DNA of 64,000 bases. Source: Myxococcales bacterium UBA1660 (GTDB lineage: Bacteria; Myxococcota_A; Polyangia; Polyangiales; Houyiibacteriaceae). Positions within the stretch are counted from its first letter, which is position 1, and the number at the start of each line of letters is the position of its first letter. The notes under the pieces are model-generated. The model saw nothing but the letters and a program-made list of their open reading frames with translations, searched no databases and was not told the origin of the DNA. Location: the NCBI GenBank assembly GCA_002320815.1, contig DCLA01000086.1:2330-66329 (forward strand), written 5' to 3'. The translations under genes and the position numbers were made by a program. Below, piece after piece: positions 39,048-49,564 of the stretch.

Positions 39048-40859
39048 TCAGGCGGCCTTGGGCGACTCGGGAGAGGAAGAGTCGTCGTCGGTCGCGACCT
39101 CGTGGGCGCCGCTCTCGTCCGCCGCCGCAGTGGGGGGCGAGAGCAGATCGGAGCCCTTGCCGAGGGCCTTGCTCGCCAGGGAGCGGAGCATGCCCAGGGT
39201 CTCGGGATCGGCGGCGTCCGTGAAGCCCTCGAGGGTCTTCGCGAAGCGCTGCCCCTTCACGACGCTCTCCATGATGCGAGTCATGTCGTCCGCCGTGCCG
39301 TAGAGAGTGGCCTCCAGCTTGGAGAAGAGCTTGGCGCTGGCCTCCGCGAAGGCGACCTGCACCTCCTTGTCGGCCGCCACGCGGAGCTTCGCGATCTCGA
39401 ACTCCTGCGCGACCGCACCATGCTTCTCCCGGGCCTCGAGCTCGGGCTTGATCACCGTCTCCACCCGGTCGCGGTCGACATCGACCTGCGCCCGCTGGAC
39501 CTCCACGGGGACCATCGCCTTCGCCTTCTCACCGAGAGCGCGCTGACGCTCGGCTTCCGCCTCTGCCTCGGCCTTCTTGCGAATGGCCTCCGCCTCGGCG
39601 TCCGCCGCGGCCTTCTGCGCCTCGGCTTGCTTCTGTCGGGTGTAGGCGTCCGCGTCGGCCTTCCGCTGGTCGGCGACGAACGCGGTCTCCGCCTGCGCCT
39701 GGGCCTCGAGCACCGCGCGGCGCTTCTGCCGCTCGGCCTCTTCGGTGACCTTCACGGTCTCCACGCGCTGACGGGCCTGCTCACGCTCGGCTTCCGCTTC
39801 GGCAAGCGCCCGCTCGGCGGTGGCGCGCTTGCGCTCGGCTTCGGCCACGCGCTCCTGCTTCTCGCGCTCGGCGATCTCCACCGCGCGCTGCTGCTCGCGG
39901 CTGGCGACCTCGAGGGCCTCCTGCTTGCGGACCAGGGCCAGCTCGACCTCTCGCTCGGCCTCGATGGCCTTGGCGCGGGCGGATTGGGTGGTCTGGGCTT
40001 CGACCTTGGCGACCTCCGCCGCTTGCCGGGCCCGGGCCTCGCGCTCGAGCTGTTCGAGATCGAGCACGCGCTGCTGGGTGGTCACGTCCTGGGCCTTGCG
40101 CGCCTGCTCGCCCTCGCGGACGAGGCGGTTGCGCTCGGTCAGGTTGGTCTGGGTGATCTCCGCGATCTTACGGCGCCCCTGGGCGTCGAAGATGTTGGAC
40201 TCCTTGAGATAGACCTCGTCCGTCTGGTCGAGGCGGGAGATGGTCACCGTCTCGAGGATGAGGCCGTTGGAGAGCAGATCGTTCTCCACCAGCTTCATGA
40301 CCTCCGTCAGGAACTCGTCGCGCTCGCTGTTGAGCTGCTCGAGGGTCTTCATCGCCGCGGCGGTGCGCAGCGCGCTGACCAGCTTGTCCTCGACCAGGGC
40401 GCGAACGGCAGACTCCTCGCGCATCCGCTCCCCGAGGGACCGGCTGGCCTGGAGGATGCTCTCGCGATCCGGCTGGACCCGCACGAAGAACTCCGCGTGG
40501 ATGTCGGCGCGCAGCTTGTCCTGGGTGATGAGCGCGTCCTCGTTCTGACGAGTCACGCGCAGCTTCAGGGTCTCCAGGCTGACGCGGACGAGCTCGTGCA
40601 CGAAGGGCACGATGATCGCTCCGCCGTCCATGATGACCTTGCGCCCACCGGCTCCGGTGCGGACGAAGGCCTCGGAGGCCTTGGTCTTCTGGTAGAGCTT
40701 GGTGAACACGCCCAGGGTGGCCGCGAAGACCAAGCTGACGGCGCCGATCAGGATCGACGCCAGCGTGGCCCCGCCGGAGAGTGCGTACCCCGCCGCCTCG
40801 GCCGCGAAGGGGCCGGCGATACAGAGCACGCCGAAGAGAAACAGAAGGGGCAGGACCAT
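39048..40859 (-). CDS. Flotillin/SPFH-domain protein (YqiK-like)
   Basis: N-terminal TM, AFVRTGAGG, ALITQDKLRAD, FDAQGRRKI, long AE-rich coiled coil; SD AAGGAG. Confidence 0.92.
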   Translation of the reverse strand: MVLPLLFLFGVLCIAGPFAAEAAGYALSGGATLASILIGAVSLVFAATLGVFTKLYQKTKASEAFVRTGAGGRKVIMDGGAIIVPFVHELVRVSLETLKLRVTRQNEDALITQDKLRADIHAEFFVRVQPDRESILQASRSLGERMREESAVRALVEDKLVSALRTAAAMKTLEQLNSERDEFLTEVMKLVENDLLSNGLILETVTISRLDQTDEVYLKESNIFDAQGRRKIAEITQTNLTERNRLVREGEQARKAQDVTTQQRVLDLEQLEREARARQAAEVAKVEAQTTQSARAKAIEAEREVELALVRKQEALEVASREQQRAVEIAEREKQERVAEAERKRATAERALAEAEAEREQARQRVETVKVTEEAERQKRRAVLEAQAQAETAFVADQRKADADAYTRQKQAEAQKAAADAEAEAIRKKAEAEAEAERQRALGEKAKAMVPVEVQRAQVDVDRDRVETVIKPELEAREKHGAVAQEFEIAKLRVAADKEVQVAFAEASAKLFSKLEATLYGTADDMTRIMESVVKGQRFAKTLEGFTDAADPETLGMLRSLASKALGKGSDLLSPPTAAADESGAHEVATDDDSSSPESPKAA

Positions 40860-40942
40860 GGGAGTCTCCTTTCGACTCGGTGCGAGAACCTCCGCCGCGC
40901 GCACCAGCGCGCGCGGCGAGAGAAGCGGGGGAGGCGACCGGC

Positions 40943-41551
40943 TCAGCCGAGGTCGCGCTCGAGGGGCGCCACCTCGAAGCGGTGGGCGCGCTCGTCGTAG
41001 GCCACGACGACCAGGGGGACGCCGGGGGCCAGGGGTTCGTCGGCGCGGCAGCGGATCTCGTGGAGCGAGCCGTGCTCGTCGCGCACCTGGGCGACGCCGA
41101 AGGTCTCGTCGACGCGGACCCGGACCACGCCGGCGCGGCCGAGGAGATCATCGGGGGTGCCCGCGTAGGTCTCCACCGTGGGGAGGTGACGACCGAGGAC
41201 CTGGCCGGTGAGACCCATCCCGACCGGCGCGACGACCAGGGCGACCGCCAGCGCGAGGAAGGGCGAGGTGACCGCGCTGAGCGCGAGGCCGGTGGCCCCG
41301 AAGCCGAGCAGCGCGACGGAGAGGAGCACGCCGAAGGGCGCGCGCCCCACCCCGAGGAGCTGAAGGATGGAGAAGCCGGGCTCGCCGTCCGTCTCGCTCT
41401 CCGCGTCCGCGTCGACGTCGGCGTCGACATCGACGTCCACGTCGACCTCGAGCTCCGCTTCGCCGAGGCCGCCGAGCGCACCGACGCCGAGCACCATCGC
41501 CAGCGCGATGGGCAGGCCGAAGACCAATGTGTGCCAGGCGATCGGGTCCAT
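40943..41551 (-). CDS. NfeD-like/YqiJ-like flotillin partner
   Basis: TM helices, acidic DV/DA-repeat loop, LGVGRAP, C-terminal OB-fold-like region; upstream of the flotillin. Confidence 0.8.
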   Translation of the reverse strand: MDPIAWHTLVFGLPIALAMVLGVGALGGLGEAELEVDVDVDVDADVDADAESETDGEPGFSILQLLGVGRAPFGVLLSVALLGFGATGLALSAVTSPFLALAVALVVAPVGMGLTGQVLGRHLPTVETYAGTPDDLLGRAGVVRVRVDETFGVAQVRDEHGSLHEIRCRADEPLAPGVPLVVVAYDERAHRFEVAPLERDLG

Positions 41552-41786
41552 GATGGGACCTGCCTAGAGCACGAGGTGTGCCGACACCGGACGTCGCGAA
41601 GCGCTCGGCGCGCGCTTCGGATCAAGCGCAGGGTTGGTGCACGATGCCGCACGCGAGTGCGGCGTTGCGCAGCGATTCCTGCCAGCCGGTCGAGGGAGCG
41701 CAGGGGATGTCCATCCGCGCCTGGCCGATGGGAACCGCCGTTGAATCGGACTGGTCATGGCGTCCATGACGTGCCAAGGGGCAACG

Positions 41787-43346
41787 ATGAGATCGTCGTT
41801 GGAGGCCGGGATCGTGCTCGGAGTCTTGCTGATCGCCGGAGCGGCTGCTGCGCAGACCTCCGATGAGAGCGAGCCGTCCGAAGTGAGGGCTGCCGGAATG
41901 GAGGCAGTCGAGGTCCCAGTCGACTCCGCGGAGACCGGGGAGGTGGAACCGGCCGAGCCGGAGGCCGGCGACGAGCCTCCAGCGGACGAGCTACCCAGCG
42001 AAACCGCGGAGGTCCACGCGGCAAGCCCCGACGCCGCGCGAACCGCCGCACCGCCGCTGGGTCAGGTCTGGACTCGCACCCTCCCGAACGGCCTCCAGGT
42101 GGTCGGACGGCGGGATGGTCGGCAGCGGACCGCAGCGGTATGCGTCAGCTATCACGTGGGAAGCGAACAGGATCCTGCGGGCTACACCGGCCTCGCTCAC
42201 CTCACCGAGCATCTGATGTTCGCACCCACGCAGCGAATGCCGAATGGCTTCCACGGCCTGCTCGAGCCGGCGGGAGCGATCTACATCAACGCGTTCACGA
42301 CGGACGACGAGACACGCTATTGCTCGTCGTTCCCCGAGGGGGCTCTGCCGCTGGCGCTCTACGGCGAGGGCGAGCGCATGGCCTTCCTGCTCGAGTCGCT
42401 CAGTGAGGAAAGCTTTGCGATTCAATCGCGCGTCGTGCGACAGGAGGATCTGGATCGCACCGGAGGCGACCGGGGTATCTCGGAGCGGATCTGGCGCTTG
42501 CCCTATGAGGAACTCTACCCCGACGACCATCCGTTCTGGTTGGGGCGCCGCCCGCAGGACGACGTGGCGGCCATCGAGTTGGACCACGTCCGGTGGTTTC
42601 ACCAGACGTACTACGTACCGGCCAACGCCGTCGTCTCCATCGTAGCGCCCCAGGGGGAGGACGAGGTGGTGGCCTGGGTGGAGCGCTACCTCGGCCACGT
42701 CCGCGGCGGTGAGCGCCCGACGCGGCCGGAGTGGATCCAGCCCGACCCCCTGACCGAGGAGACGAGGATCGACTTCGAGCTGCCGAGTCGCATGAGCCGC
42801 TTGTCGATGCTCTGGCCTTCGGCTCCGCTCTACGCGCCGGGGGACGCGGAGCTGGACTTCGTGGCCCTCTACGTGAAGCAGGAGCTCGCCGCGGAGCTTC
42901 GCCCTCAGCGGGGTGCGCGGTACTCGGTCCGGCAAAGGAGCGACCTTCGCGGTTCCCACTTCCTGGTGGACGTCACGGCGGCCACTCCCGAGGATCTCGA
43001 GCCGATCCGGGAGACCATCGACTACATCATCGGCAAGGTCCGATTCGCCTTTCTGTCGGAGGCGGACTTCACCGGGCTCCATGGTGCGGCGATGGCTTTC
43101 ATCGGAACGAGCCCTCTCGAGCGCGCGAATCGGCTCGCGGGCTCCATGCGCCATGGTGGTCCGCCTCGGACCGAGGAGCAGGAACGGGCCCGCTACGAGG
43201 CGGTGACCCGGGAGAGCCTGCTCGGAGCCGCGCGACGGTACCTTCCCGATGGGGTGCGAGTGCTCCTCGTCACGAGCTACTCGGACGTGGCTCCGCGGCG
43301 CGGGTTCGCGCACATCCGTCGGACTCCTCCGGAGGTGCGCCGATGA
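41787..43346 (+). CDS. Secreted M16 (insulinase) zinc peptidase, catalytic subunit
   Basis: Signal peptide; LPNGL, YHVGS, GLAHLTEHLMF (HxxEH), NAFT, YYVPANA. Confidence 0.9.
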   Translation: MRSSLEAGIVLGVLLIAGAAAAQTSDESEPSEVRAAGMEAVEVPVDSAETGEVEPAEPEAGDEPPADELPSETAEVHAASPDAARTAAPPLGQVWTRTLPNGLQVVGRRDGRQRTAAVCVSYHVGSEQDPAGYTGLAHLTEHLMFAPTQRMPNGFHGLLEPAGAIYINAFTTDDETRYCSSFPEGALPLALYGEGERMAFLLESLSEESFAIQSRVVRQEDLDRTGGDRGISERIWRLPYEELYPDDHPFWLGRRPQDDVAAIELDHVRWFHQTYYVPANAVVSIVAPQGEDEVVAWVERYLGHVRGGERPTRPEWIQPDPLTEETRIDFELPSRMSRLSMLWPSAPLYAPGDAELDFVALYVKQELAAELRPQRGARYSVRQRSDLRGSHFLVDVTAATPEDLEPIRETIDYIIGKVRFAFLSEADFTGLHGAAMAFIGTSPLERANRLAGSMRHGGPPRTEEQERARYEAVTRESLLGAARRYLPDGVRVLLVTSYSDVAPRRGFAHIRRTPPEVRR

Positions 43347-44740
43347 GCCTGCGGATGATCGCGCTCGCGCTGATGACCGCCTGGGGGTGTCGCGCGTCGA
43401 TTCCGCCGCCCCGTCGGCCCCTGGTCGCGACCGCGACCGAGGGGCGCCCCGAGCGCCCTGGTCTGCGGGAGGTGAACCCGCCGCGCTTCCCGCGGGTGAG
43501 CGCGCGGCGGCGGAGCGGTGGCACCCTCTGGTACGTATCCGACCCGACGCGCGAGGGGGTGGAGATCGCAGTCCACACGCGTCGGGGCGAGGACGGGGCT
43601 CACCCTCTGGGGTTGGTGTCGTTGACCACCGAGGTCCTGGGTCGGGGGCTGAGCGAAGTGCTCGGTCCGGGCCGCGTGAGCACCAAAGCCTACGGGCACG
43701 GCGCGGTCATCCAGATGCGGGTGCCCACCCGAGAGCTCGACCGGTCCCTGGCGGCGCTCGCGGCTGCGCTCGATGGGCCGCCGCCACACCGGCGGCTCGT
43801 GGATGACGAGCGCATCCTCATGCTGCAGAGCATCGAGCAGAGCGCGCACGAGCCGCGGCGCTCGTCTCGTGCTGCCGCGATGGACCAGATCCTCGGCCGA
43901 CCGTCCAATCTGCGTGAGGGGGTGCGCCACTGGCGAACGCGAGTCGAGACCTTCGACCGAGCGCGGGTCGACGCATGTCGACGGGAGCGCTTCGCCCCCG
44001 CCGACCGACTCATCGTGGTCACGGGGGCGTTCGAGGTTCGCGCGCTGCGCGATTCGTTCGAGACTCATTTCGCCGCGGACCGCCCCAGCCCCGCGCGCCT
44101 TCCGGCCGAGAGGATCCAGCCGCGGGCACCGGCGCATGGAGCGCTGAGTCGCCCCATGCGCAGCGCCCGCGCCCATGTGGTCTACGCGCAACCGGCGCCG
44201 CCGCCCGCGGACCCCGACCGGATGACCTTCGCTCTCGTCGTGGACCTCTTGGGCGGGACCTTCGGGTCTCGGTTGAACGGCTCGCTCCGAGAGACCCATT
44301 CATATACCTACGGGGTCCACGCGCACGTGGTCTCCGTGCCGCAAGTAGACCTCCTCTTCGTGGAGGCGTCCTTCGACCCGGTCGACGTGGAAGGCGCGGT
44401 GCGCGGTCTCTTCGACGAGATGCGCTCCGTCCACGAGCGCCCCTTTTCGGCCGAAGAGATCGCGGCCGCGCGCACACGCCTCTGGGCGCAGTCCCAGGCG
44501 GCCATCGAAGGCGACGACCTGGGCGCCATGCTCGGGGCCGCCTGGACCGCGGAGCTCACGCCCACCGAGCTCGAAGGACGCCTCGCGGCCTTGGCCGAGG
44601 TGACTCCCGAGGACGTGCAGCGGGTCGCGCGAGTGCACCTGCCCCTCGACGCTGGGGTGATGGTCATCACCGGGGACTTCGACGCGATCGGTGGCTTCAC
44701 GGTGGTGCGCGACTCGTCGGGATTTTACCTCCGGCGCTGA
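43343..44740 (+). CDS. M16 peptidase partner subunit lacking HxxEH (probable lipoprotein)
   Basis: LGGTFGSRLNGSLRETHSYTYG, VTPEDVQRVA; ATGA overlap with the upstream gene; TAWGC lipobox. Confidence 0.85.
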   Translation: MSLRMIALALMTAWGCRASIPPPRRPLVATATEGRPERPGLREVNPPRFPRVSARRRSGGTLWYVSDPTREGVEIAVHTRRGEDGAHPLGLVSLTTEVLGRGLSEVLGPGRVSTKAYGHGAVIQMRVPTRELDRSLAALAAALDGPPPHRRLVDDERILMLQSIEQSAHEPRRSSRAAAMDQILGRPSNLREGVRHWRTRVETFDRARVDACRRERFAPADRLIVVTGAFEVRALRDSFETHFAADRPSPARLPAERIQPRAPAHGALSRPMRSARAHVVYAQPAPPPADPDRMTFALVVDLLGGTFGSRLNGSLRETHSYTYGVHAHVVSVPQVDLLFVEASFDPVDVEGAVRGLFDEMRSVHERPFSAEEIAAARTRLWAQSQAAIEGDDLGAMLGAAWTAELTPTELEGRLAALAEVTPEDVQRVARVHLPLDAGVMVITGDFDAIGGFTVVRDSSGFYLRR

Positions 44741-44765
44741 CCCGCTCGCCCGAAAGGCGGGCGGG
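44741..44765 (+). terminator. Hairpin after the M16 pair
   Basis: CCCGCTCGCC-CGAAA-GGCGGGCGGG. Confidence 0.55.
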
Positions 44766-44795
44766 GGGCGGGCTCGCCGTACTACGCTGCCGGCG

Positions 44796-45377
44796 ATGCG
44801 TCGCTGGCTGCTCTTCCCGATGATCTGGGTGCTCGCGTGTGGGGAGGCTCCCGCGGTCCCCGCGGAGACGGAGCCCGCCGCGGAGTCCGCCGAGGAGCCG
44901 CCGCCGGAGGAGCCGGCGACCGGCGAGACCCGGCGCCGTACGGTCTACGTGCCCGCCTACTCGCACATCGATCGGGGCCGGCCGACGCTCTTCTCGATCA
45001 CGCTCAGCGTGCGCAACGTGGACCCCTCGGCGCCGGTGACGCTGACGGCGGTCGACTACTACGACACCTCGGGCCACCGGGTGCGGCGCTACCTGAGCGC
45101 GCCGCGCCGGCTGGCGCCGCTGGCGACCGCCGAGTTCTCGGTGGAGACCCTGGACGAAGCGGGCGGGTCGGGCGCGAACTTCCTGGTCTACTGGGAGGGC
45201 CCCTCGGACGCGCACCCGCTGCTGACCGAGACCGTGATGATCGGTCAGGCCGACACCGGCTACGTCGCGTTCACGTCGCGCGGGGTGGAGCTCGACCGAC
45301 CGCTAGCCCGGGAGGCCGCCGCGTCGGACACGGTGTCGCCCTCGTCGGCGTCGCCGGCGACCATGGGCTCGGAGTAG
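44796..45377 (+). CDS. DUF3124-like lipoprotein
   Basis: VLAC lipobox; TVYVPAYSHI, TLSVRN, DYYDTSG, GGSGANFLVYW. Confidence 0.85.
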   Translation: MRRWLLFPMIWVLACGEAPAVPAETEPAAESAEEPPPEEPATGETRRRTVYVPAYSHIDRGRPTLFSITLSVRNVDPSAPVTLTAVDYYDTSGHRVRRYLSAPRRLAPLATAEFSVETLDEAGGSGANFLVYWEGPSDAHPLLTETVMIGQADTGYVAFTSRGVELDRPLAREAAASDTVSPSSASPATMGSE

Positions 45378-47389
45378 CCGGAGAGCAGGAGCAGGCGCCC
45401 GCGCTCGATGGCCTCGGTGGTCCCGGCGAGGGCCAAGACGTCCCCGGCCTGCAGCGGCTCTTGGCCCGTCGGGAGCCGGTGGGTCTCGTCGGCGCTGCGG
45501 AGGGCCACCACGGTGGCGCCGGTCTCGGCGCGCAGGTCGAGGTCGGCGAGGGTCTTGCCCACGGCGTAGCTCTCCGGCCCGAGGGCGACGCCGCGGGCGC
45601 GATCGAGCCCGAGGAGCCCATCGGAGTGTGAGTCGGCCGCGCCGGCGGTGGTCTGGCGCGCCAGCAGGTCCACCAAGCGCTCGGCGTTGGTGCGCACCTC
45701 GGGGGCTGCGCGGCCGGCGGTGCGCCAGAGGACCACCGCGGTGAGGAGCACGAAGACGGTCAGCGCGATCGCCACCGCGCCGCCGTCGAAGGGCAGCGCG
45801 ACCACCGCGCAGGGGATGCCGACCCCCAGGAGCACCGTGAGCTGGATGCCGACCTCGAGGAGCTTCCGGGGCCGCGACGCGGAGCCGTCCTTGGGGCCGA
45901 AGACCCGGTCGCCCACCCCGACGCCGAGGGCGCGGGCGGCGCGGACGAAGGCCAGGCCGGGGATGGCGGCGGCGAGGGCCGCGCCGCCGAGGACCGCCCA
46001 GCGGTCCCAGGGGGCCTCCAGACCGAGGCGCGTGCGCGCCAGGTCCTCGAGCCAGTCGGCGGCGATGGCGGCGGAGATCACCACGCCGGAGGCGACCAGA
46101 CCCTCGAGGGCCACGATCCACCCGATGCGCTTGAGCGGCGAACGCCGGCCGGGGGTCCGCTCTTCGCGGAAGCGCTCGATCCAGCCTTCGTAGAGCCCCA
46201 GGACGTTCTGCATCTTCTGGGGCATGAGGTGGTCGACCATCCGCGCCAGGGGGTCCGCCAGCCGCAGCATCAGCGGCGTGGTGAAGGCGGTGAGCACCGC
46301 GACGGTGACCACCACCGGGGCCAGGCTCTCGGGGACCAGGCCGGCTTCGGCGCCGATGGCCGAGAGGATGAAGCCGAACTCGCCGACCTGCCCCAGGGCG
46401 AGGCCGGAGGTGAGCGAGACGCGCAGGCCGATGCCCGAGAGCAGGCCGGCGATGGTCACGGCCAGGAGCTGGGTGACCAGGACCACCGCGAAGGCCAGGA
46501 GCGAGATGTCCAGGTGCTCGTAGGCGACTCGGGGATCCACCGTCATCCCGATGGCCACGAAGAAGATGGCGGCGAAGGTGTCCCGCAGGGGGCTGGCCAG
46601 GTGCTCGACCCGCTTCCCCTCGCCGGACTCGGCCACGAGCATCCCCGCGAAGAAGGCCCCGAGGGCCACCGAGTAGCCCAGGGACTCGGCGGCGAGGGCC
46701 AGCCCGAAGCACACCCCCATGCAGACCACGACGAGCAGCTCGGTGCTGCCGCCCCGGACCACCCAGCGGACCAGCCGGGGGATCACCAGCAGGCCGAGGG
46801 CCACCATCGCCAGGAGCACCGCGCCGAGCCGGCCCACCACCGCGGCGATCTCCCCGGCGGACAAGCCCTTGCCCGCGGCGACGGCGGTGAGGATGGCGGC
46901 CAGCACGATGGCGGCGACGTCCTGGAGCACCAGCACGCCCATCACGTGCCGGCGGACGTCGGCTCGGACCTCGCGGTCCTCGAAGACCCGGGAGACGACC
47001 ATGGTGCTGGAGATGGCCAGCGAGGCGCCCAGGAAGAGCGAGGCCCGGCTGTTCCATCCGAGCCCCTGGCCCAGGCTGAACCCGGCCCCGAGGAGCGCGC
47101 CCACTTCGATCAGCGCGGTGACGCCCGCGGTGGGCAGGACCTCCAGGAGTCGTCGGAGCCGAAGCTCCAGGCCGACCACGAACATGACCAACACCACGCC
47201 CAGCTCGGAGAGGCTGTGCATCCGGTCGGCGTCGGCGAAGACCGGGATGGGGATGTACGGCCCGACGATGAGACCCGCGGCCAGGTAGCCGAGGATCGAG
47301 GGTTGCCCGAGGCGCCGGAAGAGCAGGCCGGTGGCCGAGGCCACCAGGAGGACGATGGCCAGATCGGTGACGAAAGACGCGCCGTGCAT
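45260..47389 (-). CDS. CPA2 cation:proton antiporter with a C-terminal RCK_C (TrkA-C) domain
   Basis: LGYLAAGLIVGP, SSTMVV, LQDVAA, QVGEFGF; GKTLADLDLRAETGATVVA. Confidence 0.93.
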   Translation of the reverse strand: MHGASFVTDLAIVLLVASATGLLFRRLGQPSILGYLAAGLIVGPYIPIPVFADADRMHSLSELGVVLVMFVVGLELRLRRLLEVLPTAGVTALIEVGALLGAGFSLGQGLGWNSRASLFLGASLAISSTMVVSRVFEDREVRADVRRHVMGVLVLQDVAAIVLAAILTAVAAGKGLSAGEIAAVVGRLGAVLLAMVALGLLVIPRLVRWVVRGGSTELLVVVCMGVCFGLALAAESLGYSVALGAFFAGMLVAESGEGKRVEHLASPLRDTFAAIFFVAIGMTVDPRVAYEHLDISLLAFAVVLVTQLLAVTIAGLLSGIGLRVSLTSGLALGQVGEFGFILSAIGAEAGLVPESLAPVVVTVAVLTAFTTPLMLRLADPLARMVDHLMPQKMQNVLGLYEGWIERFREERTPGRRSPLKRIGWIVALEGLVASGVVISAAIAADWLEDLARTRLGLEAPWDRWAVLGGAALAAAIPGLAFVRAARALGVGVGDRVFGPKDGSASRPRKLLEVGIQLTVLLGVGIPCAVVALPFDGGAVAIALTVFVLLTAVVLWRTAGRAAPEVRTNAERLVDLLARQTTAGAADSHSDGLLGLDRARGVALGPESYAVGKTLADLDLRAETGATVVALRSADETHRLPTGQEPLQAGDVLALAGTTEAIERGRLLLLSGYSEPMVAGDADEGDTVSDAAASRASGRSSSTPRDVNAT

Positions 47390-47428
47390 CGGCGGTGGGA
47401 GACGCGGAAGAGGTCGAGGCGTTTCGCC

Positions 47429-49456
47429 CTACTGCAACCATCGCAGTAAGGAGGCGACCGCTTCGATGAGCTCGATGGGCTCGATGGGCTTGGGGACGTG
47501 GTTCTGGAAGCCGGCCCGGAGCGCCCGGGCGCGGTCCTCGGGGCGGGCGTAGGCGGTGAGGGCCAGGGCCAGGGTGCGGCCGCCCTCCTCGGGCTCCAGG
47601 CCGCGGACCTGGCGGATGAAGGTGTAGCCGTCCATGCCCGGCATGCCGATGTCCGAGATGATCAGGTCCGGACGCCAGCTCGTGACGACCCCGAGGGACT
47701 CCATGGGGTCGTTCGACCGGGTGACCTCCGCGCCGTTCTTCTCCAGGAGGAGCGCGACGAAGTCCCGGGTGTCCTCTTCGTCCTCGACCAGCAGGATCCG
47801 TCGCCCGAAGAGCTCGGGATGCTCGGCGTCGACCTGGCTGTTCCGGGCGCCGGAGTCGGGGGCCTCCGCCTCCTCCAGGGAGGCGAGCGGCATGCGGACC
47901 TCGAAGAGGGCGCCGCCGAGGGCCGAGTCCCCGACGGTGATCGAGCCGCCGTGGAGCTCCACGAGCTGCTTGGCGATCGCCAGGCCGAGCCCCATGCCGC
48001 CCTGGGCGCGCGTGATCTCCTGGTCGTGCTGGCGGAAGCGGTCGAAGGCGTAGGGCTTGAACTCGTCGGGGACGCCCGGGCCGTCGTCGGCCACGCTGAG
48101 GACCATCTGGGGTCCCTCGGCGGCCAGGTGGACCTGCACCACGCCGCCGCGCGGCGTGAACTTCACCGCGTTCGAGAGGAGGTTCCAGGCGATCTGCTGG
48201 AGCCGATGGGGGTCGCCCATGACCGTGAGCGATTGGTCCTCGCGTACCTCGATGGCGATCTCCTTGGAGACCGCGGCCGGGCGGACGGTGTCGATGGCGG
48301 CATCGATGGCCTCGCGCACGCCGAGTCGGTCCACGTGCATGCGCAGGTGACCGGAGACGATGCGGCCGATGTCGAGGAGGTCCTCGATGAGATGGAGCTG
48401 GGAGCGGGCGTTCCGCTCGATGGTCTCCAGGGCGCGCTCGGCGTTCTCGGGGGTGAGCTCGCCGGAGCGCAAGAGGCTCAGCCACCCGAGCATGGCGTTG
48501 AGGGGGGTGCGGAGCTCGTGGCTCACGGTGGCCAGGAACTCGTCCTTGAGCCGGCTGGCCTGCTCGGCGACGCGCTGCGCGTCCCTGGCGGCGTCCAGGG
48601 CGCGCTCGCGTTCGGTCACGTCCGAGCCGTGCACGAAGACGCCGCTGATCTGGAGCGTCTCGTCGCGGATCGGCTGGTAGACGAAGTCCACGTAGTGCTC
48701 GCGGAGCTCGCCGCCCGGACCGCTGGCCAGGTCGAGGCGGATGCCGGATCCGATGAAGGGCTCCCCGCTGCGGAAGACCTCGTCGAGGATGCGGACGAAG
48801 CCCTGCTCTTCGATCTCCGGGAGCGCCTGGTCGACGGTGAGGCCGATGATCTCCCGGTCGCCGATGAGCCGCTGGTAGGCCGGGTTGGTCCGGGTGAACA
48901 CGTGGGTCGGCCCGCTGAGGAACGCCATGAAGCCCGGGGACTGCTCGAGCAGGGCGGCCACCTCGAGCCCGTCGTCCAGCACGCGGAAGGCCTGCTGCAC
49001 CATCTGGGTGGGCCGGATGGCCTCTTCCCAGTCGAAGCCGGCGGCTTCCCGCAGCCGGCTCACGTTCATGGTGTGCTGCAGGACGTAGGCGACCTCGCCC
49101 TGGGCATCGAAGATGGGGGTGTGGGTCGCGCTCCAGAAGGCGTCGCGCTCGGGACCCGCCGCCGAGGCCGGGAGCCGGTAGCGGATGAAGGGCAGCGCGT
49201 CGGGCTTCCCGGTCTGGAGCACCTGCTCCAGGGACCGGCGCAGCCGGACCGCGGGGGCGTTGTTTGGATCGCTCGGATCGTGGGGGAAGCGCTCGAAGAG
49301 GTGAACGCCGATCAGCTCCTCCAGGGTGCTCCCGGTGGTCTCCAGGTACGAGCGGTTGGCCGCCACGTACCGGAGGTTCCGGTCGAGAGCCATGTAGGCG
49401 TTGGGGGACGCATCGAAGAGCGCCCCGAAGTCGACCTTCACCGCAGGAGAAGCCAA
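47429..49456 (-). CDS. PAS-PAS hybrid histidine kinase/receiver
   Basis: FLATVSHELRTPL, NLLSNAVKFT, DDGPG, GLGLAI; receiver with VEDE, SDIGMP and KP. Confidence 0.95.
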   Translation of the reverse strand: MASPAVKVDFGALFDASPNAYMALDRNLRYVAANRSYLETTGSTLEELIGVHLFERFPHDPSDPNNAPAVRLRRSLEQVLQTGKPDALPFIRYRLPASAAGPERDAFWSATHTPIFDAQGEVAYVLQHTMNVSRLREAAGFDWEEAIRPTQMVQQAFRVLDDGLEVAALLEQSPGFMAFLSGPTHVFTRTNPAYQRLIGDREIIGLTVDQALPEIEEQGFVRILDEVFRSGEPFIGSGIRLDLASGPGGELREHYVDFVYQPIRDETLQISGVFVHGSDVTERERALDAARDAQRVAEQASRLKDEFLATVSHELRTPLNAMLGWLSLLRSGELTPENAERALETIERNARSQLHLIEDLLDIGRIVSGHLRMHVDRLGVREAIDAAIDTVRPAAVSKEIAIEVREDQSLTVMGDPHRLQQIAWNLLSNAVKFTPRGGVVQVHLAAEGPQMVLSVADDGPGVPDEFKPYAFDRFRQHDQEITRAQGGMGLGLAIAKQLVELHGGSITVGDSALGGALFEVRMPLASLEEAEAPDSGARNSQVDAEHPELFGRRILLVEDEEDTRDFVALLLEKNGAEVTRSNDPMESLGVVTSWRPDLIISDIGMPGMDGYTFIRQVRGLEPEEGGRTLALALTAYARPEDRARALRAGFQNHVPKPIEPIELIEAVASLLRWLQ

Positions 49457-49564
49457 CGAGTCACCACACCCACGCGCGCACCACCTCGATCCACCCGCCG
49501 AGTCTAGCAGGCGCGGGGGGTCACGCTCGCTCCATTTCCCGACGCAGCTCGCCGGGCTACGACG

